A program made the translations under genes and the position numbers. Under the pieces are notes generated by a model, which saw nothing but the letters and a program-made list of their open reading frames with translations, was not told the origin of the DNA and did not search any database. From assembly GCA_965197585.1 (NCBI GenBank), contig OZ240215.1:1280001-1344000 (forward strand): a stretch of 64,000 bases of DNA. The letters run 5' to 3'. Source of the DNA: Dehalococcoidia bacterium (GTDB lineage Bacteria > Chloroflexota > Dehalococcoidia > Plut-88900). Position 1 is the stretch's first letter, and every line of letters starts with the position of its first letter. Positions 38,144-47,746 of this stretch are shown here, in pieces.

Positions 38144-39304
38144 GTGACTCTAGTGTCTATAGGTAATCGTCAACCCAGTGGTCGCATGGTGAGGTGCATC
38201 GGCGGTTATAAGGCTTATGTGCCGGATCCTCTTCCACCTCCCATAGTCTGGAATCAGAGACTCACGGTCGCGCTCTCATCCGCCGACCGCGCCATCGGCA
38301 AGCTTGCGGGTGAAGGACGACGCTTGCCCAATCCTCATCTCTTGCTGCGGCCCTTTGTCCGTAAGGAGGCTGTCCTGTCCAGCCGCATCGAGGGGACCCA
38401 AGCGACCCTCGGCGAGCTCTTGATTAAGGAGGCTGGGGCCGTCGTGTATCGGACTCACTCCGACCTCAATGAGGTCGGGAACTACGTCGCTGCTCTCGAG
38501 TACGGTCTGAATCGCCTCGAAACTTTGCCTTTGTCCCTGCGTTTGGTTTGCGAAATGCACGAACGGCTCATGCGAGGGGTTCGGGGTGATACTGCCATGC
38601 CCGGCGAGTTCCGACGTAGCCAAAACTGGATCGGTCCGCCCGGTTCTAATCTGAGCAACGCCACTTATCTTCCGCCGCCCGTTCCCGAGCTAATGCCTTG
38701 TCTGGACTCTTGGGAGCGGTTCCTGCACGACGAGGCCCTCCCGCCTCTGCTCCATGTCGCCCTCGCTCATTCTCAATTCGAGGCCATTCACCCTTTTATT
38801 GATGGTAACGGCCGGATAGGGCGGCTGCTTATCACGCTTTTGCTTGTATCGCGAGAAATTCTTCCCTCTCCCCTTTTGTACCTGAGCGCCTATTTCGAGG
38901 CGACCCGACAAGAGTATTATGCGCGCCTCCAGGCGGTAACGGAGAAGGGGGAATGGGAGGAGTGGCTGTTCTATTTCCTTAGGGGCGTCGTCATCCAGTC
39001 AGAGGATGCTTTGGATCGGGTAAGGCGAATAGATGAGTTGTTCGCCGGATGGAAGAAGCTGTTTGCCGACGGAAGATCAAGGCTCCCCGAATCTGCACTC
39101 GAACTCTTCATCGAAAACCCCTTTTGGACTATACAGAAGGTAGCTGAAAGGCTGAACGTTGCATTCACAACCGCCCAGCGCGCCATCGACAGGCTGGAGT
39201 CGGCGAGCATCGTAGCTCAGGTCAGGGAAGCGAGACGAAACAGGGTCTACTGCGCAGAGTCGATACTCGACGTTCTGGAGGAGCCGACACCTCTCCCCAC
39301 CTAA
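38144..39304 (+). CDS. Fic family protein with N-terminal SSxIEG helix and C-terminal HTH
   Basis: EAVLSSRIEGT, PGEFRRSQNWIG, HPFIDGNGRIGR, YY. Start uncertain (38126, 38144 or 38186). Confidence 0.95.
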   Translation: MTLVSIGNRQPSGRMVRCIGGYKAYVPDPLPPPIVWNQRLTVALSSADRAIGKLAGEGRRLPNPHLLLRPFVRKEAVLSSRIEGTQATLGELLIKEAGAVVYRTHSDLNEVGNYVAALEYGLNRLETLPLSLRLVCEMHERLMRGVRGDTAMPGEFRRSQNWIGPPGSNLSNATYLPPPVPELMPCLDSWERFLHDEALPPLLHVALAHSQFEAIHPFIDGNGRIGRLLITLLLVSREILPSPLLYLSAYFEATRQEYYARLQAVTEKGEWEEWLFYFLRGVVIQSEDALDRVRRIDELFAGWKKLFADGRSRLPESALELFIENPFWTIQKVAERLNVAFTTAQRAIDRLESASIVAQVREARRNRVYCAESILDVLEEPTPLPT

Positions 39305-39321
39305 AGCCGCCCCCGACCTCA

Positions 39322-39387
39322 CTTATTTGCACAATATGGCCTGGATGATAATAAGTGTGCACGTAGTTTTCGTTTCGAAAATATAAG
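39322..39387 (+). repeat. Fic-flanking 65-bp repeat, copy 3
   Basis: CTTATTTGC-N16-GATAATAA-...-TAGTTTTC-...-GAAAATATAAG. Confidence 0.75.
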
Positions 39388-39470
39388 GTGTTCTAACATC
39401 AGGCCTTCAGCCAGTAGACCCACCCCCCGACACACCTCCCACCCACCTGGCAACGGCACCCAATACACCC

Positions 39471-39535
39471 CTTATTTGCATAAACTGGCCTAAACGCTAA
39501 TAACTATGTGGGCAATTTTCAAACCCGGAAATAAG
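39471..39535 (+). repeat. Fic-flanking 65-bp repeat, copy 4
   Basis: CTTATTTGC-N16-GCTAATAA-N23-GGAAATAAG. Confidence 0.75.
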
Positions 39536-39593
39536 TGCCAGCCTATCGATTTAGAGCTAATCTCTTAAGCCCCAACCTCATTTTTCAGCAAAC

Positions 39594-40429
39594 CTAGGCC
39601 GCCGGAAAGTCGAATACGTCCTTGTACTTCTTGTAACAGGGATAACACGCGGGCTTGAGCCTAGTCGCCGAATGCTCTTTCCCACAAACGTGGCAAAAGG
39701 TTTGTTCGTAGTCGTCATACTTATCCTTGTTCCAATGCCTCCAGTGCCGCTTGCAGAAGGGTTTGGTCGGATCGGCGTCTATTTCATCGCCACAACGGAT
39801 GCAAACGCCGCGCTCGGTTATTGCACCAGCTCGCTGTGCCTCCTTTGTCTTCTCTTTAGCCATATTAGAGGAAGGTTTATGGTCTTGGGCGGCATAAGTT
39901 GATTTTGCAAATGTAGGAGAATTATCACTCCAATCAATGATCTCTTGCGCGTGCTTAAAAATGTCGTTATAGAGCTCCTCGTCTCGTACGTCCCCTCCCA
40001 AAATGCCTCCCAAGAAACCTTCACTCTTGGACACGAGCACACCCATTTCCACGTTACGCGTAGACCAGTCGTATAGGTTTATAGATGTCACCAAGGCTTC
40101 TTTTTCGTTGAGATAGCACTTGGCGTGTAGACCTTCCAAAACGTGCGCTTTAACTCAAGACACCGTGGTAAGCCACTCTTCCGTCTTTGCCTTAGCCTTT
40201 CCCGACGGTTGTAGTACTTCTTTCTTTTTGTCTCATCCTCTTTGTCCTTCCTGTACACCAGATGGACATCCACTCCCTTCAATGCTGACTCATCCTCAAG
40301 GCGCCTCTTGATATTGCCTTCAATCTGGAGATATGGGCTTATTATGTAGAGATATTTCTTAGACTCACCGATGATCCTTTCAATTCCTGCCAGAATATCA
40401 TTCGTAGTAAGGAACTTGATATCGCTCAT
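39594..40429 (-). pseudogene. Disrupted PLD-like nuclease with C-terminal Cys-rich (zinc finger) domain
   Basis: N-part (IISPYL...LVY) and C-part (LHAKCY...TSINL...EMG, CIRC, CHVC, CYPC) are in different frames. Frameshift near 40215-40235 plus an in-frame TGA at 40157-40155. Lower GC than flanks. Confidence 0.8.
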
Positions 40430-40473
40430 ACACACCTCTGTTACCTTTATCCTCAGACAGCCACCCCACCCCC

Positions 40474-41514
40474 CTACATCACCCTTTTCAACCTCGGATT
40501 AGCCGTCAAACCCGGGATCCGACCCCGCTTCGCAATCGCCTTCCCATCCACCTCATGGATGTCCGCCGTGAAGTTGATCGGACCGGCGTTGCTGATATAT
40601 CCCCCCACCCCGAAGCTGTCCACCGGGGCATCGTTCTCCCTGAAGTAGCGAATGCGCTCCGGGTCCAGCCCCCCGCTCACGATCAGCCGAACCGAGTTGA
40701 ATCCTTCCAGGTCCAGCCGAGCCCGTATCTCTTTGACCAGCTCCGCCGTCACCCTGCCCCGTTCCCACGGCGTGTCCACCCTCACACCAGCCAATCTCTC
40801 CCGCATCGCACGGGCCACGCGTAGACTTTCTTCCGCTTCATCCTTGAAGGTGTCGACTAGCACTATCCTCGGCACTTCCGGGTCTTGGCTCCGGTCGAAC
40901 GCTTCGGCCGCTTCCAATGTGTCTCCCATCACCAGGATAAGTGCATGGGGCATGGTCCCCGTGGGCGCGACTCCCGCCAGCGCTGCCCCGTCTATCGAGG
41001 CACACCCCTGGCACCCGGCCAGCACCGCCGAGTACTCCATCCTCCCCGAGACCAGCGGGTGTACATGCCTCGCCCCGAAGCTCACCACCGGGATACCTCC
41101 AGCCGCCTCGACACACTCCCGGGCTGCAGTAGCCCACCCTGTGCAGTGCGACAAAATCCCTAGCAGCGGCGTTTCGTACAGGCCGAAGGGTCTGTAGGGC
41201 GCCCGCACCCTCATCACCACCTCTTTCCGCTCTATCTCAGACCCTTCTTCGATGGCCTCCACTTCCCTGTCTTCGGGAGGCACTGCTTCCTCAATCAGCT
41301 GCAGGGCCTCGTCTATGCCACTCAGAAGCCCAGGTTTACTGGGGAAAAACTCCACGGTGCATATCGGGTTCAGTCCCTCGGCCTCGAGCACTTGCTGAGC
41401 GCGCCGGAAGTAGATGTCCGTCGTGTCTCCGGACAAAACCCAGTCCGGAAGGGGAAATTTCGGGCGAGTCGCTGGGCCTAAGGAAGGTGGTAGATCGTCT
41501 TGGGTAATAGCCAT
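40474..41514 (-). CDS. pncB: Nicotinate phosphoribosyltransferase
   Basis: TDIYF, SFGARH, GTMPHA, LVDTF, VRVDTP, SGG, FGVG; adjacent to a nicotinamidase-like gene. Confidence 0.9.
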   Translation of the reverse strand: MAITQDDLPPSLGPATRPKFPLPDWVLSGDTTDIYFRRAQQVLEAEGLNPICTVEFFPSKPGLLSGIDEALQLIEEAVPPEDREVEAIEEGSEIERKEVVMRVRAPYRPFGLYETPLLGILSHCTGWATAARECVEAAGGIPVVSFGARHVHPLVSGRMEYSAVLAGCQGCASIDGAALAGVAPTGTMPHALILVMGDTLEAAEAFDRSQDPEVPRIVLVDTFKDEAEESLRVARAMRERLAGVRVDTPWERGRVTAELVKEIRARLDLEGFNSVRLIVSGGLDPERIRYFRENDAPVDSFGVGGYISNAGPINFTADIHEVDGKAIAKRGRIPGLTANPRLKRVM

Positions 41515-41536
41515 GAAATTTCAGGTTTCAGAGACT

Positions 41537-42070
41537 TCAGCTGACGGTCTGAGGCTGCACTACCCTGGCCCCGAGCACTTGCTCTATGTGGTCAAGAGCA
41601 AACCGATGCACTTCTTCAGAATAGCTGGCCACGGCATCCGCGGGCACCTCGACTTGGTAGTCTCGATTTCGGGCATCGGCCACCGTGTGCATCACGCAAA
41701 CGTTGGTGCAGACTCCACACACGATGATCTTCTCGGGGTCCAGCTCTCGCAGTCTTTGATCGAGGTCGGTGTTAAAGAAGCCGCTGTACCGCTGCTTGGG
41801 TATAACGTCCCCATCAAATTCAACCAGTTCGGGGATTATCTCCGTCTCCGAGGTTCCCCGGACGCAGTGTTCGGGAAACATCTCGAATTCCAGGTCGTCA
41901 GGCTCGTGATTGTCGCAGAGGAAGATTATCTTGCTTCCCAGCCGAGACTCGCGCTCTATCAGGTCCCGCACTACAGGGACGATACGCCTCGCCGACTCCC
42001 CCGTGTAAAGGTTGCCGCCCTCTTCGCAGAAACCCCGCACCATGTCTACTACTAGTACCGCGTTCGGCAT
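41537..42070 (-). CDS. pncA: Nicotinamidase/isochorismatase-family cysteine hydrolase
   Basis: VVDM, D.H, PEHC, K.RYSGF, GVCTNVCV. Confidence 0.82.
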   Translation of the reverse strand: MPNAVLVVDMVRGFCEEGGNLYTGESARRIVPVVRDLIERESRLGSKIIFLCDNHEPDDLEFEMFPEHCVRGTSETEIIPELVEFDGDVIPKQRYSGFFNTDLDQRLRELDPEKIIVCGVCTNVCVMHTVADARNRDYQVEVPADAVASYSEEVHRFALDHIEQVLGARVVQPQTVS

Positions 42071-42137
42071 AACACACCTCCTTGCTAGACTGCAGTCTAT
42101 CCTCCTGTCAGGATGTTACCGCCGCCGAGGGATGGAT

Positions 42138-42923
42138 TCAAGGACGGGACTTGCTGACCCGGTTGCGAGGCTTGGGGATCCCACCCAAACGGAGCCTGAG
42201 CAGTCCCTGGAAATCCGCCCAGGCCGTGGAGAACACTCTGACTCGCGTGTCGGGATCGTCCACCCAATGCACGGGGACTTCCTTGACCCGGTACCCGTTC
42301 TTTTCGGCAAGAATCAGAAGTTCTGAGTCGAAGAACCACGCCTTGTCCCTGATCAAGGGAACAAGCTCGTTGGATGCGTTTTGGCTTATCGCTTTGAAAC
42401 CGCACTGGGCATCCGAAAAGCGGGTCCGGAACATGCACTTGATCAGCCAGTTGTAAGAGCGGGAAATGAACTCCCGCTTCAGGCTCCTCTTCTCCACCCT
42501 TGACCCTTTGGCCAACCGGGTCCCGATGGCCACGTCAAACCCATCCTCTATGGACCCTATAAGCGCCGGCAGCGCATCCAACCGCGTTGAAAGGTCGACG
42601 TCCATGTAACACATCACGTCCGCCTTGCTATCCGTCCACGCCTTGAACAGTGCCCGCCCCCGACCCTTCTGCTTGAGGTGCAGCAGCGACACCCGGCTAT
42701 CTTCGCTGGACAGCTTCTCGGCCACATTCCGGGTGGAGTCGATAGACCCATTGTCTGCCACTACAATCCGCCATTCGCTGTTCGCCAATTCCTTCCTAGC
42801 AAACTGGGAAAGAGTAGCGATGCACTGGGGCAGCGCTGCCTCCTCGTTATAGACCGGAATGATTATGTCAATGCTTCTCAAAGGGCCTTCTCCCGATTCA
42901 GAAAGGGTGATTTCTCCTTGCAC
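42138..42923 (-). CDS. GT2 polyprenyl-phosphate glycosyltransferase (DPG synthase-like)
   Basis: IIPVYNEE, DNGS.D, GRG, MDVDLS, DAQCGFKA, WFFDSE. Confidence 0.9.
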   Translation of the reverse strand: MQGEITLSESGEGPLRSIDIIIPVYNEEAALPQCIATLSQFARKELANSEWRIVVADNGSIDSTRNVAEKLSSEDSRVSLLHLKQKGRGRALFKAWTDSKADVMCYMDVDLSTRLDALPALIGSIEDGFDVAIGTRLAKGSRVEKRSLKREFISRSYNWLIKCMFRTRFSDAQCGFKAISQNASNELVPLIRDKAWFFDSELLILAEKNGYRVKEVPVHWVDDPDTRVRVFSTAWADFQGLLRLRLGGIPKPRNRVSKSRP

Positions 42924-42925
42924 GC

Positions 42926-44455
42926 CTAGTGCTTGAAGTGCCGTACTCCCGTGAACACCATGGCCATGCCTAGTTCGTCCGCCGCATCAATGACCTCCTG
43001 GTCCTTCACCGAGCCCCCCGGCTGCACCGCCGCCACCACCCCACCCCCCGCAGCCAGTTGTACGTTGTCCGCAAAGGGGAAGAACGCGTCGGAGGCCAAC
43101 ACCGAACCTCTCGCTCTATCTTCTGCTGCTCTAAGGGCCAGCTGCACACTGTTCACCCGGTTCGGCTGCCCCGCCCCCATCCCGACCAACGCCTTACCTT
43201 TGACAAGCACAATTGCGTTGGACCTTACGTGTTTTGCAGTCTTCCAGGCGAAAGCCAGGTCTTCCATCTCTTCAGGCGTCGGGCTGCGCTTGGTAACACA
43301 TCGCCAGGTTGACGGATCATCCCCACCCAAGTCCCGGGTCTGCACCAAATACCCTCCCTGAACTGTCTTCACATCCAAACCTGAACCGTCACTTCTCCCA
43401 GTACCCATCTCCAGTATTCGGAGGTTCTTTCTCCTTTTGAGAAGAGCCAAGGCTTCCTCTTCGAACGAAGGAGCAATGACGATCTCGTAGAAGACTTTCG
43501 AGATCTCTTCTGCTGTCGCCAGGTTGACCTTTCGGTTGCACGCAACTATCCCCCCGAACGCCGACACCGGGTCACCTGCCAAGGCCTTCTCGTACGCCTC
43601 GGTAAGGTCTTTATGGCCGGCGAGGCCGCACGGATTCATGTGCTTGATGATCGCTACCGCAGGTCCCTCGAAATCCGACGCCGCACTCCACGCCGCATCC
43701 GCATCAGCGATGTTGTTGAAGGAAAGCTCTTTTCCCCAAAGTTGGTTCGCCCCCGCAATCCCCTCACCCCTAGACATCGACCCCGCATAAAACGCACCCT
43801 GCTGGTGTGGGTTCTCGCCGTAGCGCAGCCCTTGTGCCCTGGTCATGCCTATGGTCAGTTCATCGGGGAATGGGTCGATCCCGTCCGACAGATAGTCGGC
43901 GATGGCCGTGTCATATAGTGCAACGTGCCTGAACGCCTTCCGCGCCAGGTCCTTTCTGAGCTCGTGATCTATGGCCCCATCAGCCAGCCTTTGAGCTACC
44001 GTGTCGTAGTCATTAGGATCGACCACCACCAGCACATGTGGGAAGTTCTTCGCCGAGGCACGCACTAGCGTCGGCCCCCCAATGTCGATGTTCTCTAAAG
44101 CCTCCGTCAGGTCCACACCATCCCGATTAACAGTTTCCACAAACGGGTACAGGTTTACGACCACCATGTCTATCAGCCCGATTCCGTGCGACTCTAGTTG
44201 GCTCATGTGGTCCGGCACGTCTCGCCGAGCCAGTATCCCGCCGTGGACCGCCGGGTGCAGCGTCTTGACCCGACCGTCCAGGATTTCGGGGAAGCCCGTC
44301 AACTCGGAAATGCTTTTCACCGGGGCCCCGGCCTCGACGATGGCCTTCTTGGTGCCCCCCGTTGAGTAGATGTCGACACCCTGCGCAGCCAACGCCAGGG
44401 CGAAAGGCCCTAGTCCCGTCTTGTCCGATACGCTGATTACCGCTCTCATATTCAC
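42926..44455 (-). CDS. purH: AICAR transformylase/IMP cyclohydrolase
   Basis: ISVSDKTG, GRVKTLHP, IDIGGP, RYGENPHQ, SDAFFPF. Confidence 0.98.
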   Translation of the reverse strand: MNMRAVISVSDKTGLGPFALALAAQGVDIYSTGGTKKAIVEAGAPVKSISELTGFPEILDGRVKTLHPAVHGGILARRDVPDHMSQLESHGIGLIDMVVVNLYPFVETVNRDGVDLTEALENIDIGGPTLVRASAKNFPHVLVVVDPNDYDTVAQRLADGAIDHELRKDLARKAFRHVALYDTAIADYLSDGIDPFPDELTIGMTRAQGLRYGENPHQQGAFYAGSMSRGEGIAGANQLWGKELSFNNIADADAAWSAASDFEGPAVAIIKHMNPCGLAGHKDLTEAYEKALAGDPVSAFGGIVACNRKVNLATAEEISKVFYEIVIAPSFEEEALALLKRRKNLRILEMGTGRSDGSGLDVKTVQGGYLVQTRDLGGDDPSTWRCVTKRSPTPEEMEDLAFAWKTAKHVRSNAIVLVKGKALVGMGAGQPNRVNSVQLALRAAEDRARGSVLASDAFFPFADNVQLAAGGGVVAAVQPGGSVKDQEVIDAADELGMAMVFTGVRHFKH

Positions 44456-45471
44456 GATATGCTTACCCGTTCCGACCCGTCTCCCCTCACCACCTCCCCA
44501 ATCTCCACCGAACCCGTAATCTCCTGCAGCAGAATGGAAGCGTCCTCTTTCGAAGCCATTACCGTCAACCCGATTCCCATGTTGAAAACGTCGTACATCT
44601 CGTCATCGGAGACTTGACTAGCATTCTGTATCAGCCTGAAGATCGGGGGCACCGACCATGTAGATGCGTCAATCTGTGCCGCAAGTCCCTTGGGCAAGGC
44701 CCTAGGCACGTTCTCCCGAAACCCGCCACCCGTTACGTGCGCCATCCCTTTGATTCTGTCCAGCAGCCCCCCCACTACCCCGAGATAGCACCGGTGAGGC
44801 TCCAGAAGCTCCTCACCCAGCGTACGCTCCAGCTCTGGATAGAATCGCTCCAACTCCGATGGGTCGTCGTCCAACCCGAAGGCCTTCCTAACTAGCGAAA
44901 ATCCGTTGGTGTGCAGCCCCGAGGAAGGAATCCCGATAATAGCGTCCCCTTCATTGATCGCCGAGCCGTCTATTATCTCGTCCTTCTCCACCATACCTAC
45001 TATGAACCCGGCCAGGTCGAACTCCTTGCCGACGTAGACCCCCGGCATCTCCGCCGTCTCCCCACCGATCAAAACGACGCCAGCCTCCCGGCAAGCCCGG
45101 GCCAGTCCTTCGACCAGGGAATCGGCCGCATCGGCATCCAATTTGCCCATCGCAATGTAGTCCAGGAAGAAGAGAGGTTTCGCTCCGCCGACCAGGATGT
45201 CGTTAATACAGTGGTTGACCAGGTCCTGGCCCACCGTGTCGTATCGCCCGAGCATCGCTGCGATTCGAACCTTCGTCCCGACCCCGTCGGCGCTGGATAC
45301 CAGCACCGGGTCCCGGTATTTCTCCAGGTGGTAAAGCCCGCCGAAGAATCCGATGTCTCCCAACACGCGTGAGTTGAAGGTAGTCCTGGCGTGTTTGGAA
45401 ATCCGCTCCGTGGCCCGGGACGCAGTCGTTAGGTCGACCCCTGCAGCCTGGTATTTGCTGTCGATAGTCAT
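44452..45471 (-). CDS. purM: AIR synthase
   Basis: Y..AGVD, DGVGTK, GGETAEMP, SSGLHTNG, HVTGGG, FNMGIG. Confidence 0.98.
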   Translation of the reverse strand: MTIDSKYQAAGVDLTTASRATERISKHARTTFNSRVLGDIGFFGGLYHLEKYRDPVLVSSADGVGTKVRIAAMLGRYDTVGQDLVNHCINDILVGGAKPLFFLDYIAMGKLDADAADSLVEGLARACREAGVVLIGGETAEMPGVYVGKEFDLAGFIVGMVEKDEIIDGSAINEGDAIIGIPSSGLHTNGFSLVRKAFGLDDDPSELERFYPELERTLGEELLEPHRCYLGVVGGLLDRIKGMAHVTGGGFRENVPRALPKGLAAQIDASTWSVPPIFRLIQNASQVSDDEMYDVFNMGIGLTVMASKEDASILLQEITGSVEIGEVVRGDGSERVSIS

Positions 45472-45572
45472 GGATAGGTCTCTGGCTTAGGCCGCGGGTA
45501 TGTCTCTGTAGTGGCGTACTGGAACAAGGACGCACCCTGGCGGATGCGTATCCGCAAGGTTCCGACGCTGGC

Positions 45573-46973
45573 TTATGGGCGGGTCTCCATCGCGAGCTTG
45601 TCCATCTCCAGCTGCACCGGTATGGGGTACTTTCCCGTGAAACAGGCTGTGCATACTTCGTTGTTGGGAAGACTCACCGCCTCCACCAGGCCCTTGATGC
45701 TCAGGAAGCCCAGGGTGTCCGCTCCAATCAGCTGTCGGATTTCTTCAACAGAATTGTGCGCCGCCAGAAGCTCCCCGCGCGTCGCAAGATCGACTCCGAA
45801 GAAGCACGGGTGTTGGATAGGCGGGGCACATATCCTCATGTGCACTTCTTTAGCGCCATTCTTCTTCAGTAAGTTCACCACGTGGGGTGTAGTGGTTCCC
45901 CGGACTATGCTGTCGTCCACCACTATTATCCTCTGCCCTTCCAGCACCTCCGGCATCGCATTGAATTTGAGCCGTACCCCCAGCTCCCGTATCCGCTGGT
46001 CCGGTTGGATGAACGTCCTGCCGACATACCGATTCTTAAGGAGCGCCTCTCCAAACGGGATCCCCGACTCCTTGGCGTATCCCATTCCCGCCGCCACCGC
46101 CGAATCAGGCACCCCGACCACCATATCCGCATCCACCGGGTACTCCTTGGCCAGCTGTGCACCCATCCTCTGCCTTGCAGAATGCAGCAGCTTCCCTCCC
46201 ACTATGCTGTCGGGACGAGCGAAATAGATGTGCTCGAAGATGCAGAGAGAGTGCGAGTCCCGTTCCACAAGCTGGTGAGACGTTACACCCGTCTCATCAA
46301 TGATAACTGCCTCCCCCGGCTCGATCTCCCGGATCACATCCGACCCAATGTGGTCCAGCGCCGCACTCTCCGAGGCGATAACCCAGCCCCCATTCAGCTT
46401 GCCCAGCGACAGGGGCCGCACGCCCATCGGGTCCCGTATGCCTATCAGCTTGTCCTTGGTCATCAAGACCAAGCTGTAGGCGCCCTGGAAACGGTTCATG
46501 CAGTAGCGGATGCGCTCGGGCCAAGTTGCTCCGGGGGCCTGGCCCATCCAATGAGCCATCACCTCGGTGTCGGAGCTTCCCTTGAACTCCACACCCCGCT
46601 CTTCCAACTCTATCCTGAGCTCCTGGGCGTTGATAACGTTCCCGTTGTGCCCCATCGCTACTTCGCCCCAGGGACCGTTCACCAGCATGGGTTGGGCGTT
46701 GTCTATGCGGCTCGACCCCGAGGTCGAATACCGAGTGTGCCCGATGGCCAGGTGCCCGGTGAGTTTGCTCAGGGATTCTTCGTCGAAAGCCTGGGCCACG
46801 AGACCCATGCGTGTGTGCACGGATATCCTGCCCCCATCAGACGCTGCAATGCCCGCGCTCTCCTGGCCTCTGTGCTGTAGCGCGAACAACCCGAAAAAGC
46901 TTAGTCGGGATACATCCTCTCCGGGAGCATAAATCCCGAAGAGCCCACACGCCTCTCTCGGCTTGTCATCCAT
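45573..46973 (-). CDS. purF: Amidophosphoribosyltransferase
   Basis: Propeptide then CG, LQHRGQE, GHTRYST, VDDSIVRGTT, CTAC. Confidence 0.98.
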   Translation of the reverse strand: MDDKPREACGLFGIYAPGEDVSRLSFFGLFALQHRGQESAGIAASDGGRISVHTRMGLVAQAFDEESLSKLTGHLAIGHTRYSTSGSSRIDNAQPMLVNGPWGEVAMGHNGNVINAQELRIELEERGVEFKGSSDTEVMAHWMGQAPGATWPERIRYCMNRFQGAYSLVLMTKDKLIGIRDPMGVRPLSLGKLNGGWVIASESAALDHIGSDVIREIEPGEAVIIDETGVTSHQLVERDSHSLCIFEHIYFARPDSIVGGKLLHSARQRMGAQLAKEYPVDADMVVGVPDSAVAAGMGYAKESGIPFGEALLKNRYVGRTFIQPDQRIRELGVRLKFNAMPEVLEGQRIIVVDDSIVRGTTTPHVVNLLKKNGAKEVHMRICAPPIQHPCFFGVDLATRGELLAAHNSVEEIRQLIGADTLGFLSIKGLVEAVSLPNNEVCTACFTGKYPIPVQLEMDKLAMETRP

Positions 46974-47061
46974 CTGAACGCATCGCCGGCCTGCGGTCAT
47001 GAAGGTGATAGATAGGGCATCTCCCGCGAACGTAACCGTACCGGTCGGGACCCGTCCTCGG

Positions 47062-47090
47062 ATTATAGCCCCCACCCCCCACCCGGTCAA
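47062..47090 (-). promoter_or_regulatory. Sigma70 promoter of purF-purM-purH
   Basis: Minus strand TTGACC-17 nt-TATAAT. Confidence 0.7.
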
Positions 47091-47402
47091 CGACACCAAC
47101 CCATTTATCCTCTCTCCTGTAGGGGCGATTCGCGAATCGCCCTCCCCACCCCATGCACCCCCACCCCCGCTCGACACTTCGACTCTACTCAGGGTCGACC
47201 CAAATCACACATCGGCTAACCGGCAACTCCCCCCACCCCCCAAGTGTGACATCAGCCCCTTGCGCCACCCTTCCCCCGTAGCCTTGGCCCATGGCCCCCA
47301 CATCACTTCCCCCAGCAATCCTTCGCATCCTCCTATATAAGACCTTTGCGTAACTGTCATCCCGAGGCCCCGCGAGGGATCTGGGGTGGGGCCTCCCACC
47401 TG

Positions 47403-47451
47403 CAAATGTGACATCACCCCCTCGACTCAATGAAAACACATGTGCTATCTT
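47403..47451 (+). promoter_or_regulatory. Degenerate copy 2 of the dispersed promoter/LexA-like module
   Basis: CAAATGTGACA-TCACCCCC-TCGACT-18 nt (AAAC-ACAT-GTGC)-TATCTT; a partial copy is at 47241-47262. Confidence 0.45.
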
Positions 47452-47746
47452 GACCTGAATGACGCAACACCCGGAAAAGATCACCCGACAAACAATGAAG
47501 CACCAGACCTCACATTTGACTTGCCTCAGGCACAAAGACCCGCCGGCCCAAAACAAATTTCTTAGCAAACAATCAAAAATCGTGCCTGAGCCCGTACAAC
47601 AATCAAATTCGTTCCCCGGCCACAGCCCAACCCTCCCCTTGCACCACTCCTACCCTTCCCCACCCATCCCCCCAGGTGCTATCATTTTCCCGTAGCCCCG
47701 ACCCCTCTGTGACAAGCCTTTTACCCGTCCCCGACTGCTTATTTTG

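Noticed and set aside
37892-39535. Integron attC or dif sites flanking fic
   Set aside because: No RYYYAAC...GTTRRRY ends, no 11-6-11 XerC/D layout and no integrase; kept as an unexplained repeat family.
40155-40157. Selenocysteine or recoded TGA in the PLD gene
   Set aside because: It accompanies a separate frameshift and is not at an expected catalytic Cys position; pseudogenisation is simpler.
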